From a virus (Duplodnaviria > Caudoviricetes), in IMG/VR virus record IMGVR_UViG_3300025066_000012, positions 1 through 64,000 of that record: a stretch of 64,000 bases of DNA; one strand, 5' to 3'. The notes under the pieces are model-generated. The model saw nothing but the letters and a program-made list of their open reading frames with translations. It did not search any database and was not told the DNA's origin. The translations under genes were made by a program, and so were the position numbers. Positions 1-9,278 of this stretch are shown here, one piece after another (position 1 is the first letter of the stretch; each line of letters starts with the position of its first letter).

Positions 1-837
1 AGCGAGAGCTCTTGTAGCCTCTTTCGCGCCGGCTGGCGGCGGGACAGCATCTGTAAGAGCCTTTTGTGCTGCAACTAGATCGGTAGCGGCAGTTGTAAGC
101 CCCTCTTCTCCTACTTTAACAAGTCTTGTTGCTGCTTCTACAGCTGCATCATCTGCAGCCTTTGCGGCATCATCAGCAAGCGTAGTCGGAAGACCCTTAA
201 GCGCAGCTTCAATCTCACCAAGCTTAGAGGGAATTTTGGCAATAGCTTCTTCATTTTTCTTTATAGCGTCAGCCATATCTGATAACATTTTTGGACCGAT
301 GTTATCGCCATTCTTAATTGCTGTTATTAATATAGATATAGTTTGGTGAACTTCAGATTCGACCCTAAGTATATCATCAATATATGAAGTAGTGTCAGCG
401 ACAATTCTGGCAAGACCCCGTACTTCTGGGTAAATATTAACTGTGTTTTTTACAGCAGGAGCTACAGCCTCTCCGGCCTTAAGTCCTGCTTTTGCAGTGT
501 CGCCCAGATGACTGAGGTCATCACCCTTTTCTAGGAGATGCTTTATTAATATTTTCGCCTCCGGTTCTGCTTTTGGAGATCGCTGCATAGCCCTTAGAAA
601 CATTGTGTCTCCAGATTCAAAAGCTCTATAAATTGCATCTATATCAGCATTCTTGATACCGCTTAAGACAGAGCGTATTGCAGGCCGCGTAACACGGTCA
701 AATTCCTTTGAAGATGGAATCAACCTTCTAGCAATATCTGCAGCTTCCCCGACAGCTGAAGCTTTTTTGTTGAAACGATCAATCGTCTCAAAATAAGAAT
801 CAAGAGATGATTTATCAGATACTTTGTTTATTCGCAT
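1..837 (-). CDS. Partial hypothetical protein, probably head/virion-associated; runs off the left edge
   Basis: ATG at 837 opens a frame (MRINKVSDKSSLDSYFETIDRFNKKASAV...) with no stop before position 1. Not in the ORF track. Ala-rich, with K-x-S/A motifs like its neighbours. Confidence 0.75.
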   Translation of the reverse strand, partial: MRINKVSDKSSLDSYFETIDRFNKKASAVGEAADIARRLIPSSKEFDRVTRPAIRSVLSGIKNADIDAIYRAFESGDTMFLRAMQRSPKAEPEAKILIKHLLEKGDDLSHLGDTAKAGLKAGEAVAPAVKNTVNIYPEVRGLARIVADTTSYIDDILRVESEVHQTISILITAIKNGDNIGPKMLSDMADAIKKNEEAIAKIPSKLGEIEAALKGLPTTLADDAAKAADDAAVEAATRLVKVGEEGLTTAATDLVAAQKALTDAVPPPAGAKEATRALA

Positions 838-1250
838 GCTACATCTTGCTCCAGAATCTCATCAATGGTTCTTTCGATTTTATAAGCAAGTTTGATATTA
901 TTATTAGCTATAGCTTCTTGTGCCAGCATTCTAAGCTCATCAATAACCTCATCCGTTAAATCTTCTTCTTCACCTTCTTCTGCGGCAAATTCAGGATCAT
1001 CGGCAGAGTCAAGGGCATCAATTTTTGTTTTGGCATTATCAGCAGCCTGAGCTAAATCATTTAGAGCTTTAATATCTCCAGCAACTTCAGCCGCAGTTGT
1101 TACCTTTTCGGCATCAGCGGCAGCTGTTGTTATTTTATTACTTAGAATCTCAGCACGCTTGATTGTATTAATAATACGAGTTTCTAATTCTTTAAAAACT
1201 TCGCTAGAATCAAAATTAGCTAAGTCTTCTTTGCTCCAATAGTTCTGCAT
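828..1250 (-). CDS. Hypothetical acidic head-region protein
   Basis: ORF track 828..1283. ATG at 1250 (MQNYWSK) follows a GGAG SD, so it is the preferred start. C-terminal helical motif LRMLAQEAIANNNIKLAYKIERTI. Confidence 0.75.
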   Translation of the reverse strand: MQNYWSKEDLANFDSSEVFKELETRIINTIKRAEILSNKITTAAADAEKVTTAAEVAGDIKALNDLAQAADNAKTKIDALDSADDPEFAAEEGEEEDLTDEVIDELRMLAQEAIANNNIKLAYKIERTIDEILEQDVACE

Positions 1251-1301
1251 ATCTACTCCAAGGTATCTGTCAATAAAATTCAAATAATTAGTAGTTTGAT
1301 C

Positions 1302-1994
1302 TTATAGTAACATAAACTCTAACGTGCCAGCTGCTGCCGATGGAGGGCCGGTGCATATGGCTACACCGGGATGTGAGTCGGTTGGCTGTGATGAAGTAAG
1401 CTTTCCATCAAGCCCAACATATAGCGTGACATTCAATGGATATGCTTGAGTTGTATCAAACTGGCTTGTCGCGTAAATCCCTCTCTGATAATGAATCGTT
1501 ATTCTTCCGCTGCCAACTGTGGTGTCATCTCCTGGCCTTCCTGCAATTCTATATATATAATTAACAATAACTCTAAAGCTATCATTTATTCCATCACCTG
1601 TAGTGTCATGATTAAGCTCAGTTCCAGCCGGAATAGTTATAACCGCATTAACAGAGTTTAAGACAATCGATACAGTTGACGTGAAGCTATTTTCTATTAT
1701 ATTTGGATATTCTAAAACGCCAGTTACGCTAACTGTGCTTACTCTTTTCCCGTTGCCATCTATTATAGACGTCTGAGCATCAACAATTACAAGCTCGTCT
1801 ATCTGAGCCCTGGTAAAAGCAGAGGTTCTAACATCATCTATAATTCCAAGTGGAGCAGTTCCATCGCTTACACTGGCTACTATATCATTTCCTATTAATC
1901 CAAGCTGTGCAAACATTCCAGGCTCAAATTCTGCAGTTGGATCAACAGATAAGCTCATCGGCAAAGCGTTTCCACTGTGAATAACTTTTAACAA
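1302..1994 (-). CDS. Putative virion structural protein (capsid decoration/cement-like)
   Basis: 230-aa beta-rich, Gly/Thr-rich protein just downstream of the protease/scaffold genes. GGAG SD before a TTG start. Function inferred from context and composition. Confidence 0.5.
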   Translation of the reverse strand: MLKVIHSGNALPMSLSVDPTAEFEPGMFAQLGLIGNDIVASVSDGTAPLGIIDDVRTSAFTRAQIDELVIVDAQTSIIDGNGKRVSTVSVTGVLEYPNIIENSFTSTVSIVLNSVNAVITIPAGTELNHDTTGDGINDSFRVIVNYIYRIAGRPGDDTTVGSGRITIHYQRGIYATSQFDTTQAYPLNVTLYVGLDGKLTSSQPTDSHPGVAICTGPPSAAAGTLEFMLL

Positions 1995-2011
1995 TTTAGA
2001 TCTCCATTAAA

Positions 2012-2039
2012 AAAGGGAGAGGATAACTCCTCTCCCTTT
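2012..2039 (-). terminator. Rho-independent terminator-like hairpin
   Basis: Perfect 12-bp inverted repeat AAAGGGAGAGGA-taac-TCCTCTCCCTTT, ending in a T-tract on the minus strand. Confidence 0.7.
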
Positions 2040-2065
2040 AATTTTACTATTAATAGGAAATTTCT

Positions 2066-2590
2066 TTAAGAAATTTTGTTTCTAGTTGCAATTACCATGT
2101 CTGCAGCAAACTGATCGCCAGATGTTGCTAGTTCTTCCGCAATTTTGCTCAATGCATTAACTACATCTTTGCTCTTATTTGCTTCCTTCCTGAGATCATC
2201 TGTAATCCCATTTATTGTAGCCTCGACAACATCTGCAGCAAAGACCTCTCCTTTATTTCTAAGATCTTTAGAGATCTTATTAAGGCCAGAAAGAATATAT
2301 TTTTGCTTCGCAGATACATCAAGATCAGAATCACAAGCATACTCTTCCATATCAGAAATATTATTTTCCATCAAATCTGATACATAGTCTTCTTCTGGGG
2401 GTCCATCAAGTATCATATCTTCCAGTTCAGAGCTGAGATCAGAGCTGAGATCACATTTCAGAGCTTTTTCGGAAGCCGTTTTGATATTTGCCGACGCTGG
2501 AGGCGCTGCGGTCGCAGCGCCTCCCATTAGTCCTGCAAACTCTTGAGCAATCCAATCTCCATTATTTTTTAGACTATACACGTTTACCAC
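2066..2590 (-). CDS. Hypothetical head-region protein with two copies of a helical motif
   Basis: 174-aa ORF; the true start may be the GTG at 2581 after AGGTGGT. Repeats LNKISKDLRNKGEVFAADVV and LSKIAEELATSGDQFAADMV. Confidence 0.75.
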   Translation of the reverse strand: MVNVYSLKNNGDWIAQEFAGLMGGAATAAPPASANIKTASEKALKCDLSSDLSSELEDMILDGPPEEDYVSDLMENNISDMEEYACDSDLDVSAKQKYILSGLNKISKDLRNKGEVFAADVVEATINGITDDLRKEANKSKDVVNALSKIAEELATSGDQFAADMVIATRNKIS

Positions 2591-5500
2591 CTATTCCCAA
2601 AGTGAAGATAGCGCGTTAGCTGACATTAATTTGCCATTGGGCGCAGAATTATCCCCTCTTTCGATTCCAATATTAACACCACCGAGGTCAGAGGCGATCT
2701 TCATCGTCCCAACTGGCCTAGCGTTAGCAATACTTCGCTTAAATGCCTCAAAGGCATTATCATCGAATGACATAATCTCATCAACTTGCCGATCCAAGGA
2801 AGCCTTGGAAGTGGGAAGAAGACCCTTGTTCTGCATATCAAGGCCAACGTCATAGGCTCTGCGCAACTTAACTCGGAATGCCTCTCTGACATCGTCAGCT
2901 TTCTTTTCCTGCATCTTATTACTTAGAGCCGCCTGGAGCTCGAACTCTCCGGGAGCCTCTTCCGCCTCTAGGACATCACTAGCCATCTCATCAGTGGCAG
3001 TATCTTCCTTTAGCTTATTAGCCTTCTTATCAGCCTTAAACCTACTCTCGGCCTGCTTTAGAATCGCTTCGCGCCTACCCTTCCTTGCCTGCTTTAGAAG
3101 CGCTTCGCGCCTATTCTTCCGTAGCAACATTGCATCACTGACCAAGCCTGCGGTACCATCGGCTGCTTCATCAACCATTTCATCGGCTGCTTCATCAACC
3201 ATTTCATCGGCTGCTTCATCAGCCATTTCATCGGCCGCTTCACCAGCCATTTCATCCCACGGAGCTATACCTGTTGCGAGTCGGACAATTGCCCTTGACT
3301 CTCCGGTGGCCATATCCGCATCTCTGATAGCCGCCTGGGCAAGCTTAACAAAATCGGTTTTTTGTGCTGAGGATAGTTTTTCAATGTTGTCATATGTCTC
3401 GGCAACCATAGAGAGTTCATCTGCGGAACTATCAAGGCGGTTAAAGGCAACCTTTAGATTTTTCAGAATCTTTGATGATAAGGCTGTCATTTCTGATTCG
3501 CCCGCTCCATCTTCCTTGCCTGTAAACACATTTACATCTACGTCTGCTGAGCTGCCATCTTCCAGCTCACCAACTAGGTCGCGGATCTCATCAATTAGCT
3601 GCTCCATCTCTGAAAGCCTATTATCGATTCCGACTCCAGGCTCTTCCGGCTCAGCCTCTTCCGGCTCAGCCTCTTCATCGAGTTCAGGCATATCTTCCAT
3701 CGGAGGAAGCTCTTCCATTGCTGGCATTTCAGCTTCCATCTCGGGCATTGCTGGCATCTCGGGCATTGCTTCCATCTCGGGCATTTCCTGAGCAATCTTT
3801 AGTAGTTTTGAAACATGCGGCAGACCAGATGCTCTAATTTCTCGACAAACCTCTTTGCCATAGTCCTGACTCTTTAGCCATTCCCAATTAGCCTCTAGTT
3901 CTGGTCCAAAGATCTCACTACCACGGGCAGCTATTACTCGCTTTTTGCCAGCAAAAACCTCAAGAACACTGTTGGCTTTGTCGACACTTCCATCAAGAGC
4001 TCGCTTAACAGTGAATCTAGTGCTTAGCCCCGGACCCTTATATGCTGCTCGGCTTAGCTTGCCTTTGATTTCGGCATCGCCAGGGAACACTCCGGAGTCT
4101 CCGCCCATATTGCCGGTCTGGTGCATATGCTTGTCTTTGTCAAATCCGAAAGGCTCATGCTTATACGTGTTAGGCTCAACACCTTCGGATCCACCCTGCA
4201 TGTAAGCCATGCGCTTTAGTTTTCGCTCTTTAAGCTGCGCTCGACTTAGCTTGCCTTTAATTTCGGCATCGCCGGGAACCATTCCGGTAGTACCACCAAG
4301 ATTTGCATCCTGTTTCATGTGCTTATCTTCTGCGTATGTAGAGGGCTCGCTCTTATATGTATTAGGCTCTGCCCCTTCGGATCCACCCTGCATGTAAGCG
4401 ATTCTACGGCGTAGCGCGGCCCTTTTCCTTAATCTTGACTCATTCATAATATCCTCCATAATTGAATTGATTGAAAAGTCGTTAACAAAATCGCCGCTCG
4501 TATCGCCACTATTAGCAATCTTAACGTTTTGATCTTGCCTACTATCAGTCGCCGTGGAAACGGCAGTAATTTCACCATCTGACGGAAAACTCAAAATATC
4601 ATCTTCATTGTTTTGAAAATTAGGATTATCTCCAGTATCTCCACCTCCATCGAGGCTCATTCTTGATGAAACAGAGCTAGGCTCCCTAACATCTCCTTGG
4701 TCATTATCGTAAGTTGTAACTCTCTTGGTTTTTTCAGAAGACAAATCTGGTCGAAATCTTTCTTCCAGCTCTCCCAGCAGCATTGTTATAACTCTTTTCG
4801 CATCTTCACTAATATTTGGATCACCTAATAGGACTGCAGCTTCATTCACCGGACCTAATGTCTCTCCAATATTTCTTATATTTTCGGATTCCCCTAAGAA
4901 GCTGTTCTTTAAGAGCCCATTATTTTTCAAGAATCCTTTAACAATATTACTTCGATCTTCTACGGAGCAACTATCACCGCCACATGCGGTTTTCATAATT
5001 CCGTTCAAATGTTCAGCCTGCTGAAGACTCAGCTTTCCAAGCATGTCAGAAACATTATCCACTCCATAGTTTGTAAAATCTCTTCTGTATTCCCTTAAAG
5101 AGGCAATACATTTTAGGAGCACAGCTCCTGGCTCAGCAGGCTGAACAACTAAACTATACTCAATTGGCTTTAATCCAACATTAATTTCACCGTGCGCAGC
5201 ATGAGCAGTAATGCACTTGCAATATTCATTCTGGTTTGTAGCTTTATTTTGGCACTCAGAGCATATAGATGTTTCTACTGCTGTGCCCATTGATCCGAAT
5301 CGGACCATTCCCGTTTCAACCTTTCTGGCGAGATCGGGGTAGTTGACCTTATCAAGAGCGCATAATCCAATTACTTGCTTATATTTCTCATCATAATGTG
5401 TATCAAGTATGATGCCTCTAATTCCATCTACAGAGCTTGACTCATGATCTCTGCACAGCGGTTTACCGATCCACTCTGCTGTTGCCTTCTTTAGTTCAGA

Positions 5501-5818
5501 CTCTGGGAAAATATCGTTATTATTATTTTTATGGCAAGGAACATTTCCGTGCCACTTCCAGCTCTCGTCAAAGAATCCCCAGGCGTCCTCTTTCCCGACC
5601 TTCTTAATGTGACCGTGGTCATCTATTAAGGCTGACTCTGCGGCTTTTAGAAAAATAATTGAGAAATATAAAAAGTCATCAGACTTTGGTGCGATATTCT
5701 TTATGCTCTTGGCCAGCTTAGTAAAGCGTTGTAAAACTTCAGGATTTGCACAAACATCTTCATGTTTGCGCATTTCTAAGTTACAATTATCTGGGGAAAA
5801 ACATACTTTTTTTAACAT
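2591..5818 (-). CDS. Putative prohead protease fused to a scaffold-like acidic coiled-coil region
   Basis: The N-terminal domain has phage maturation protease-like motifs (NNNNDIFP..EL, GKPLCRDH, GSMG, CSEC, IEYSLVVQPAEPGA). The long acidic helical C-terminus has internal repeats. Lies in the portal/terminase module. Confidence 0.65.
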   Translation of the reverse strand: MLKKVCFSPDNCNLEMRKHEDVCANPEVLQRFTKLAKSIKNIAPKSDDFLYFSIIFLKAAESALIDDHGHIKKVGKEDAWGFFDESWKWHGNVPCHKNNNNDIFPESELKKATAEWIGKPLCRDHESSSVDGIRGIILDTHYDEKYKQVIGLCALDKVNYPDLARKVETGMVRFGSMGTAVETSICSECQNKATNQNEYCKCITAHAAHGEINVGLKPIEYSLVVQPAEPGAVLLKCIASLREYRRDFTNYGVDNVSDMLGKLSLQQAEHLNGIMKTACGGDSCSVEDRSNIVKGFLKNNGLLKNSFLGESENIRNIGETLGPVNEAAVLLGDPNISEDAKRVITMLLGELEERFRPDLSSEKTKRVTTYDNDQGDVREPSSVSSRMSLDGGGDTGDNPNFQNNEDDILSFPSDGEITAVSTATDSRQDQNVKIANSGDTSGDFVNDFSINSIMEDIMNESRLRKRAALRRRIAYMQGGSEGAEPNTYKSEPSTYAEDKHMKQDANLGGTTGMVPGDAEIKGKLSRAQLKERKLKRMAYMQGGSEGVEPNTYKHEPFGFDKDKHMHQTGNMGGDSGVFPGDAEIKGKLSRAAYKGPGLSTRFTVKRALDGSVDKANSVLEVFAGKKRVIAARGSEIFGPELEANWEWLKSQDYGKEVCREIRASGLPHVSKLLKIAQEMPEMEAMPEMPAMPEMEAEMPAMEELPPMEDMPELDEEAEPEEAEPEEPGVGIDNRLSEMEQLIDEIRDLVGELEDGSSADVDVNVFTGKEDGAGESEMTALSSKILKNLKVAFNRLDSSADELSMVAETYDNIEKLSSAQKTDFVKLAQAAIRDADMATGESRAIVRLATGIAPWDEMAGEAADEMADEAADEMVDEAADEMVDEAADGTAGLVSDAMLLRKNRREALLKQARKGRREAILKQAESRFKADKKANKLKEDTATDEMASDVLEAEEAPGEFELQAALSNKMQEKKADDVREAFRVKLRRAYDVGLDMQNKGLLPTSKASLDRQVDEIMSFDDNAFEAFKRSIANARPVGTMKIASDLGGVNIGIERGDNSAPNGKLMSANALSSLWE
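4047..4400 (-). repeat. 192-nt (64-aa) tandem duplication inside the protease/scaffold gene
   Basis: Two copies of R.AYMQGGSEG.EPNTYK...HM....N.GG..G..PGDAEIKGKLSRA. The identical block CCTTCGGATCCACCCTGCATGTAAGC recurs 192 nt apart. Confidence 0.9.
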
Positions 5819-5906
5819 AAAAAAACCTTTTGGGATGATATCAAGTATTTATATGAATATTAGTTTTATTATTTTTTGTGTAATTTATTTTTGAATTACA
5901 TATAAT

Positions 5907-6104
5907 TTATTCTTTTTTATCATCATTTAAATAATCATTTAAAATATGAACTCGCCTATCCTCGTCGCTATTATTGTCTTTATTTTCATACAGATTAATT
6001 ATCGGGAAGCTTTCCCCATCCTCCCCTGTGCCCTCAGCATCATATCCATCTTTTGCTGCTTTAACAATGATTTTCTTTGTTTTATCACTAAATTTTATAA
6101 ACAT
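5907..6104 (-). CDS. Small hypothetical protein
   Basis: 65-aa ORF packed in the minus-strand operon. Confidence 0.6.
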   Translation of the reverse strand: MFIKFSDKTKKIIVKAAKDGYDAEGTGEDGESFPIINLYENKDNNSDEDRRVHILNDYLNDDKKE

Positions 6105-6111
6105 AATAAGC

Positions 6112-8385
6112 CTAATTGGATAAAATTATTATACCCAAAATATTTTTTGTTATATACTCTTTTGTTCTATCCAAAATAGTCTCAAGATCTTGAATGGATA
6201 TATTTGCTGTATCAGTCGCGCTCCCGAGGGCGGTTGAAAAATCTTCAGAATCAATTACATTGACTAAATCAAAAACATCTTTAATAGAATCTGAAAACGA
6301 TTTTGCAGAGCCGGCGATACTGCTTATAACCTCTTCTGTCGTAGATATATCCTGTATCGAGGCAAGAAGCCTAATTCCCTCCCTAATATTTATAAGGCAA
6401 CCTTTTGCTATATTTGAATTTCTTTTACACGACTCGCTATATTCACCCTTACTGCTCTTTATAACGTCAGGCTTTTCTCTCAATTTTAAATAAACTGAAA
6501 CATTTTTATTTAGGTTATCGGTAAGTTTTGAGCATGAAGTTTTCGCTCTATCAATAAACCTGATTACCTTTCTTCCGCTCTTCTTAACGTGATCCGGAAC
6601 AGGAACTCCTGCCGCCTTGGAGAGAGAATTAACCCTCATGTATTTTGTATGATCTGGATATCTTTCCGATAAAGCTTCCAAGCAGTTAATATCATTATAG
6701 TCCTCTGGAACCCTAATAAAATCTGCTTTTAGCAGAAAGTTAAAATCTCTAGTTAAAACTCTAATCTCTGAATTAAGGATTTCCGTTGCAAGTTTGATAT
6801 TCAAATTATCCTTATAAACAAAAGAAATTTTATTCAATAAATTTTGAGAGTCTCTATAGATCTGCTTGAGATATTTGGATCGTTCCAAATTGCCAGCCAT
6901 ACGCCTTATGTATCCGTCTAATTCAAGAGAATATTTTTTATTTATATTTTTATAAAAATCTTTTTGTAGAAAAATAGGATGTGAAACCTTTATGAAGTCT
7001 TTACCGAGGCCAAACGTCTCGCCAAACAATCCTCTGGCGATATAACGCTTGCTATCAATAGCCGCAATACGTCTGTATAGTCTGATCTCTTCTGAGTTGA
7101 AAATAGAATCTAAATCATAACATGAAATTGTATTTTGATTTATATTATAGTTTTTTGCATTTTTAATAAGGCCAGATATGGAATCATCTTTTGAATTCTT
7201 TGCGTATAGATTAAAATTATATAAATTATAAAAAGCCCCACTTCCAGAAGATGATTCTTTATAAATGCACTTCTCCAGCCCAATACTCTCTAAGACTTTT
7301 GATTCTTTTTCAAATCGATCTATAATCTGCTCTCCATAATTCACGAAGAGCTTATCACCAACCTCTGCTCCTATCGCCTCTACAGATCCGGCTGCAAGCT
7401 CAAGAACCGTCTTTATATTCGCGGCCCCAAACATATCTAATGCTCCAGGCTTAATATTGGAGCAAAGCTTCTTAATAGTGTTATCTTCGTCTAAAAATGC
7501 AATATCAATTGGAAATCTAACACTTCCCATGTGAAACATAACATCGGTTGGCTTATTATATTTGAAAACTAAGCCGCACCTATTTAGTAGATCAGAATAT
7601 ACTTGAAGTCCAGATACTTTTTCCTGATGAGTTTCTGCGACATCACACTCAAATGTTGAAGTCTCATCTTTTTTAGAATTATAATGCTTCACTACGGCAA
7701 TTTTATCAAGATCATTCTTTTTGATGATGAACTTGGCTGTCTTGCTTAAGTCTTTTTTGATAATTTTAAAATTACACTTAACAAGAATGTCCTCAAGCTC
7801 AAACTCGTTTTCTGAAATAATTAAGCCATAAGAAAGAGGCCGCATCTGATCGTAGATGTTCCGCAAAGATATCTCTGCACTTTCGGCAGTCTTAAATGCT
7901 GACGAGGAAATAAGTCCATCAAGTTTATATCTTGACCTATAAAACATCGGGCTCGCCGCCTCCGTATGTAGGCCAGAAAGATTAATGTCGTCTAGTGGGC
8001 TCTTCTTCAAGCAAACTATATTATGATTTCTGTTGGCCATAACCTTAAGGTTATGCTCATCACAAGTTCCTATAGCAAGAATATTCGAACCAGATTTTAA
8101 GAGACTGATAAATAATTTTGCAAAAACACCAAACTCTCCACCATCAAACTCCATAACTTCATCAGAAACGGGAGAAGTCATTCCCTCGCTATATGTATAC
8201 TGGGGGACTAATTCTTCTTCTGGGCCTACAGATTTGCCAGGAGCAAAGGCATCATACCTATGTGTGCTAGACCCTCCTTGCGCGGGGGCATCACCTTCTA
8301 TTCTGTCTCTGTCTCTATCTCCTGTCGGAGGCATGGATCCATCCTCTGAATCGTGTAGCACCCATGGCCATGATAATTTTTTCAT
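6112..8385 (-). CDS. Multidomain protein with an internal DUF192-like domain
   Basis: DUF192-type motifs CDVAET...GL, GLVF, FHMGSVRFPIDIAFLD and VLELAAG....GAEVGD. C-terminal helical bundle. Confidence 0.65.
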   Translation of the reverse strand: MKKLSWPWVLHDSEDGSMPPTGDRDRDRIEGDAPAQGGSSTHRYDAFAPGKSVGPEEELVPQYTYSEGMTSPVSDEVMEFDGGEFGVFAKLFISLLKSGSNILAIGTCDEHNLKVMANRNHNIVCLKKSPLDDINLSGLHTEAASPMFYRSRYKLDGLISSSAFKTAESAEISLRNIYDQMRPLSYGLIISENEFELEDILVKCNFKIIKKDLSKTAKFIIKKNDLDKIAVVKHYNSKKDETSTFECDVAETHQEKVSGLQVYSDLLNRCGLVFKYNKPTDVMFHMGSVRFPIDIAFLDEDNTIKKLCSNIKPGALDMFGAANIKTVLELAAGSVEAIGAEVGDKLFVNYGEQIIDRFEKESKVLESIGLEKCIYKESSSGSGAFYNLYNFNLYAKNSKDDSISGLIKNAKNYNINQNTISCYDLDSIFNSEEIRLYRRIAAIDSKRYIARGLFGETFGLGKDFIKVSHPIFLQKDFYKNINKKYSLELDGYIRRMAGNLERSKYLKQIYRDSQNLLNKISFVYKDNLNIKLATEILNSEIRVLTRDFNFLLKADFIRVPEDYNDINCLEALSERYPDHTKYMRVNSLSKAAGVPVPDHVKKSGRKVIRFIDRAKTSCSKLTDNLNKNVSVYLKLREKPDVIKSSKGEYSESCKRNSNIAKGCLINIREGIRLLASIQDISTTEEVISSIAGSAKSFSDSIKDVFDLVNVIDSEDFSTALGSATDTANISIQDLETILDRTKEYITKNILGIIILSN

Positions 8386-8424
8386 TATATATTCCTATAT
8401 TTTATGCTAAAAAATAGCAGATTA

Positions 8425-8739
8425 TTACAGCCTAGAGGAAAGTTCGCTTAAAACTACATTTATAAAATAAGGGTCTTTGCTGTTTAGTACATTCTTGATT
8501 AGACCCAAGCTAGCGCCAATTGCCGCCCCGCCGGGGCTTTTCTTATTTGAAATTTCCATAACATTAAAACCAGAAATTTTCCCTTTAATATTATTGAATG
8601 ATTTAGCTCTAGATCCTGGATTCATTTTATTTATCATTATTTTAATAACATTATAAAGCTCTTCAGCTACATATACTGCATTATCTTCTAGCATCTGAGC
8701 ATGCTTAACTAGTTCCGGATCAGCTTTGGGATTAAACAT
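8425..8739 (-). CDS. Hypothetical protein
   Basis: ORF track 8425..8763. ATG at 8739 (MFNPK) overlaps the end of the upstream gene and is the preferred start. Confidence 0.7.
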   Translation of the reverse strand: MFNPKADPELVKHAQMLEDNAVYVAEELYNVIKIMINKMNPGSRAKSFNNIKGKISGFNVMEISNKKSPGGAAIGASLGLIKNVLNSKDPYFINVVLSELSSRL

Positions 8740-9277
8740 AATTTTCCACCATTCCTGCAACAATCTGGTAAGACTCTCTGTGCGCCGAATTCTTATCTTC
8801 TCCTATAGAGACTGCCTCTCTTAATAAGGAGTTATATTCCTTTATAAGAGAAATAATAATATCCTGCTTATTCATAATATCAGAATTATTAATCTTTATT
8901 AAAAGATCTTTTAATAAGATCTGATAATCTACATCATTCTGCTGTGAAACTTTTTTTATTAAAAAATCTGCAAAATTAGAATAATCATAAAATGCACTTT
9001 TGTCCATTTCATCAGAAAGTAGAACCAAGACATCAAGCAGCTTATCGTACTCAAGAGAGTGTGTCCTTCTCGGTTTCTTTGGAAATGAATCGCGGTCCTC
9101 TTCGTCGCTGTGCATGGCAGGCATAACCGGCTCCCCAGGCATGGCATAGCCTCTTCCTACACCAGACGATGTATCCCCGGACAAACCCTCTTCTGCCGAG
9201 GGCTGACCCGGAAGATTTAAATTAAACTCAACATTGAGTCTTTCGAGTCTCTTATTTCTATACGACTTTTTGTCCAT
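8732..9277 (-). CDS. Hypothetical head-region protein
   Basis: ORF track 8732..9325. ATG at 9277 (MDKKSY) sits right after the upstream stop. Contains the helical motif LVLLSDEMDKSAFYDYSNFADFLIKK. Confidence 0.7.
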   Translation of the reverse strand: MDKKSYRNKRLERLNVEFNLNLPGQPSAEEGLSGDTSSGVGRGYAMPGEPVMPAMHSDEEDRDSFPKKPRRTHSLEYDKLLDVLVLLSDEMDKSAFYDYSNFADFLIKKVSQQNDVDYQILLKDLLIKINNSDIMNKQDIIISLIKEYNSLLREAVSIGEDKNSAHRESYQIVAGMVENYV

Positions 9278-9278
9278 C

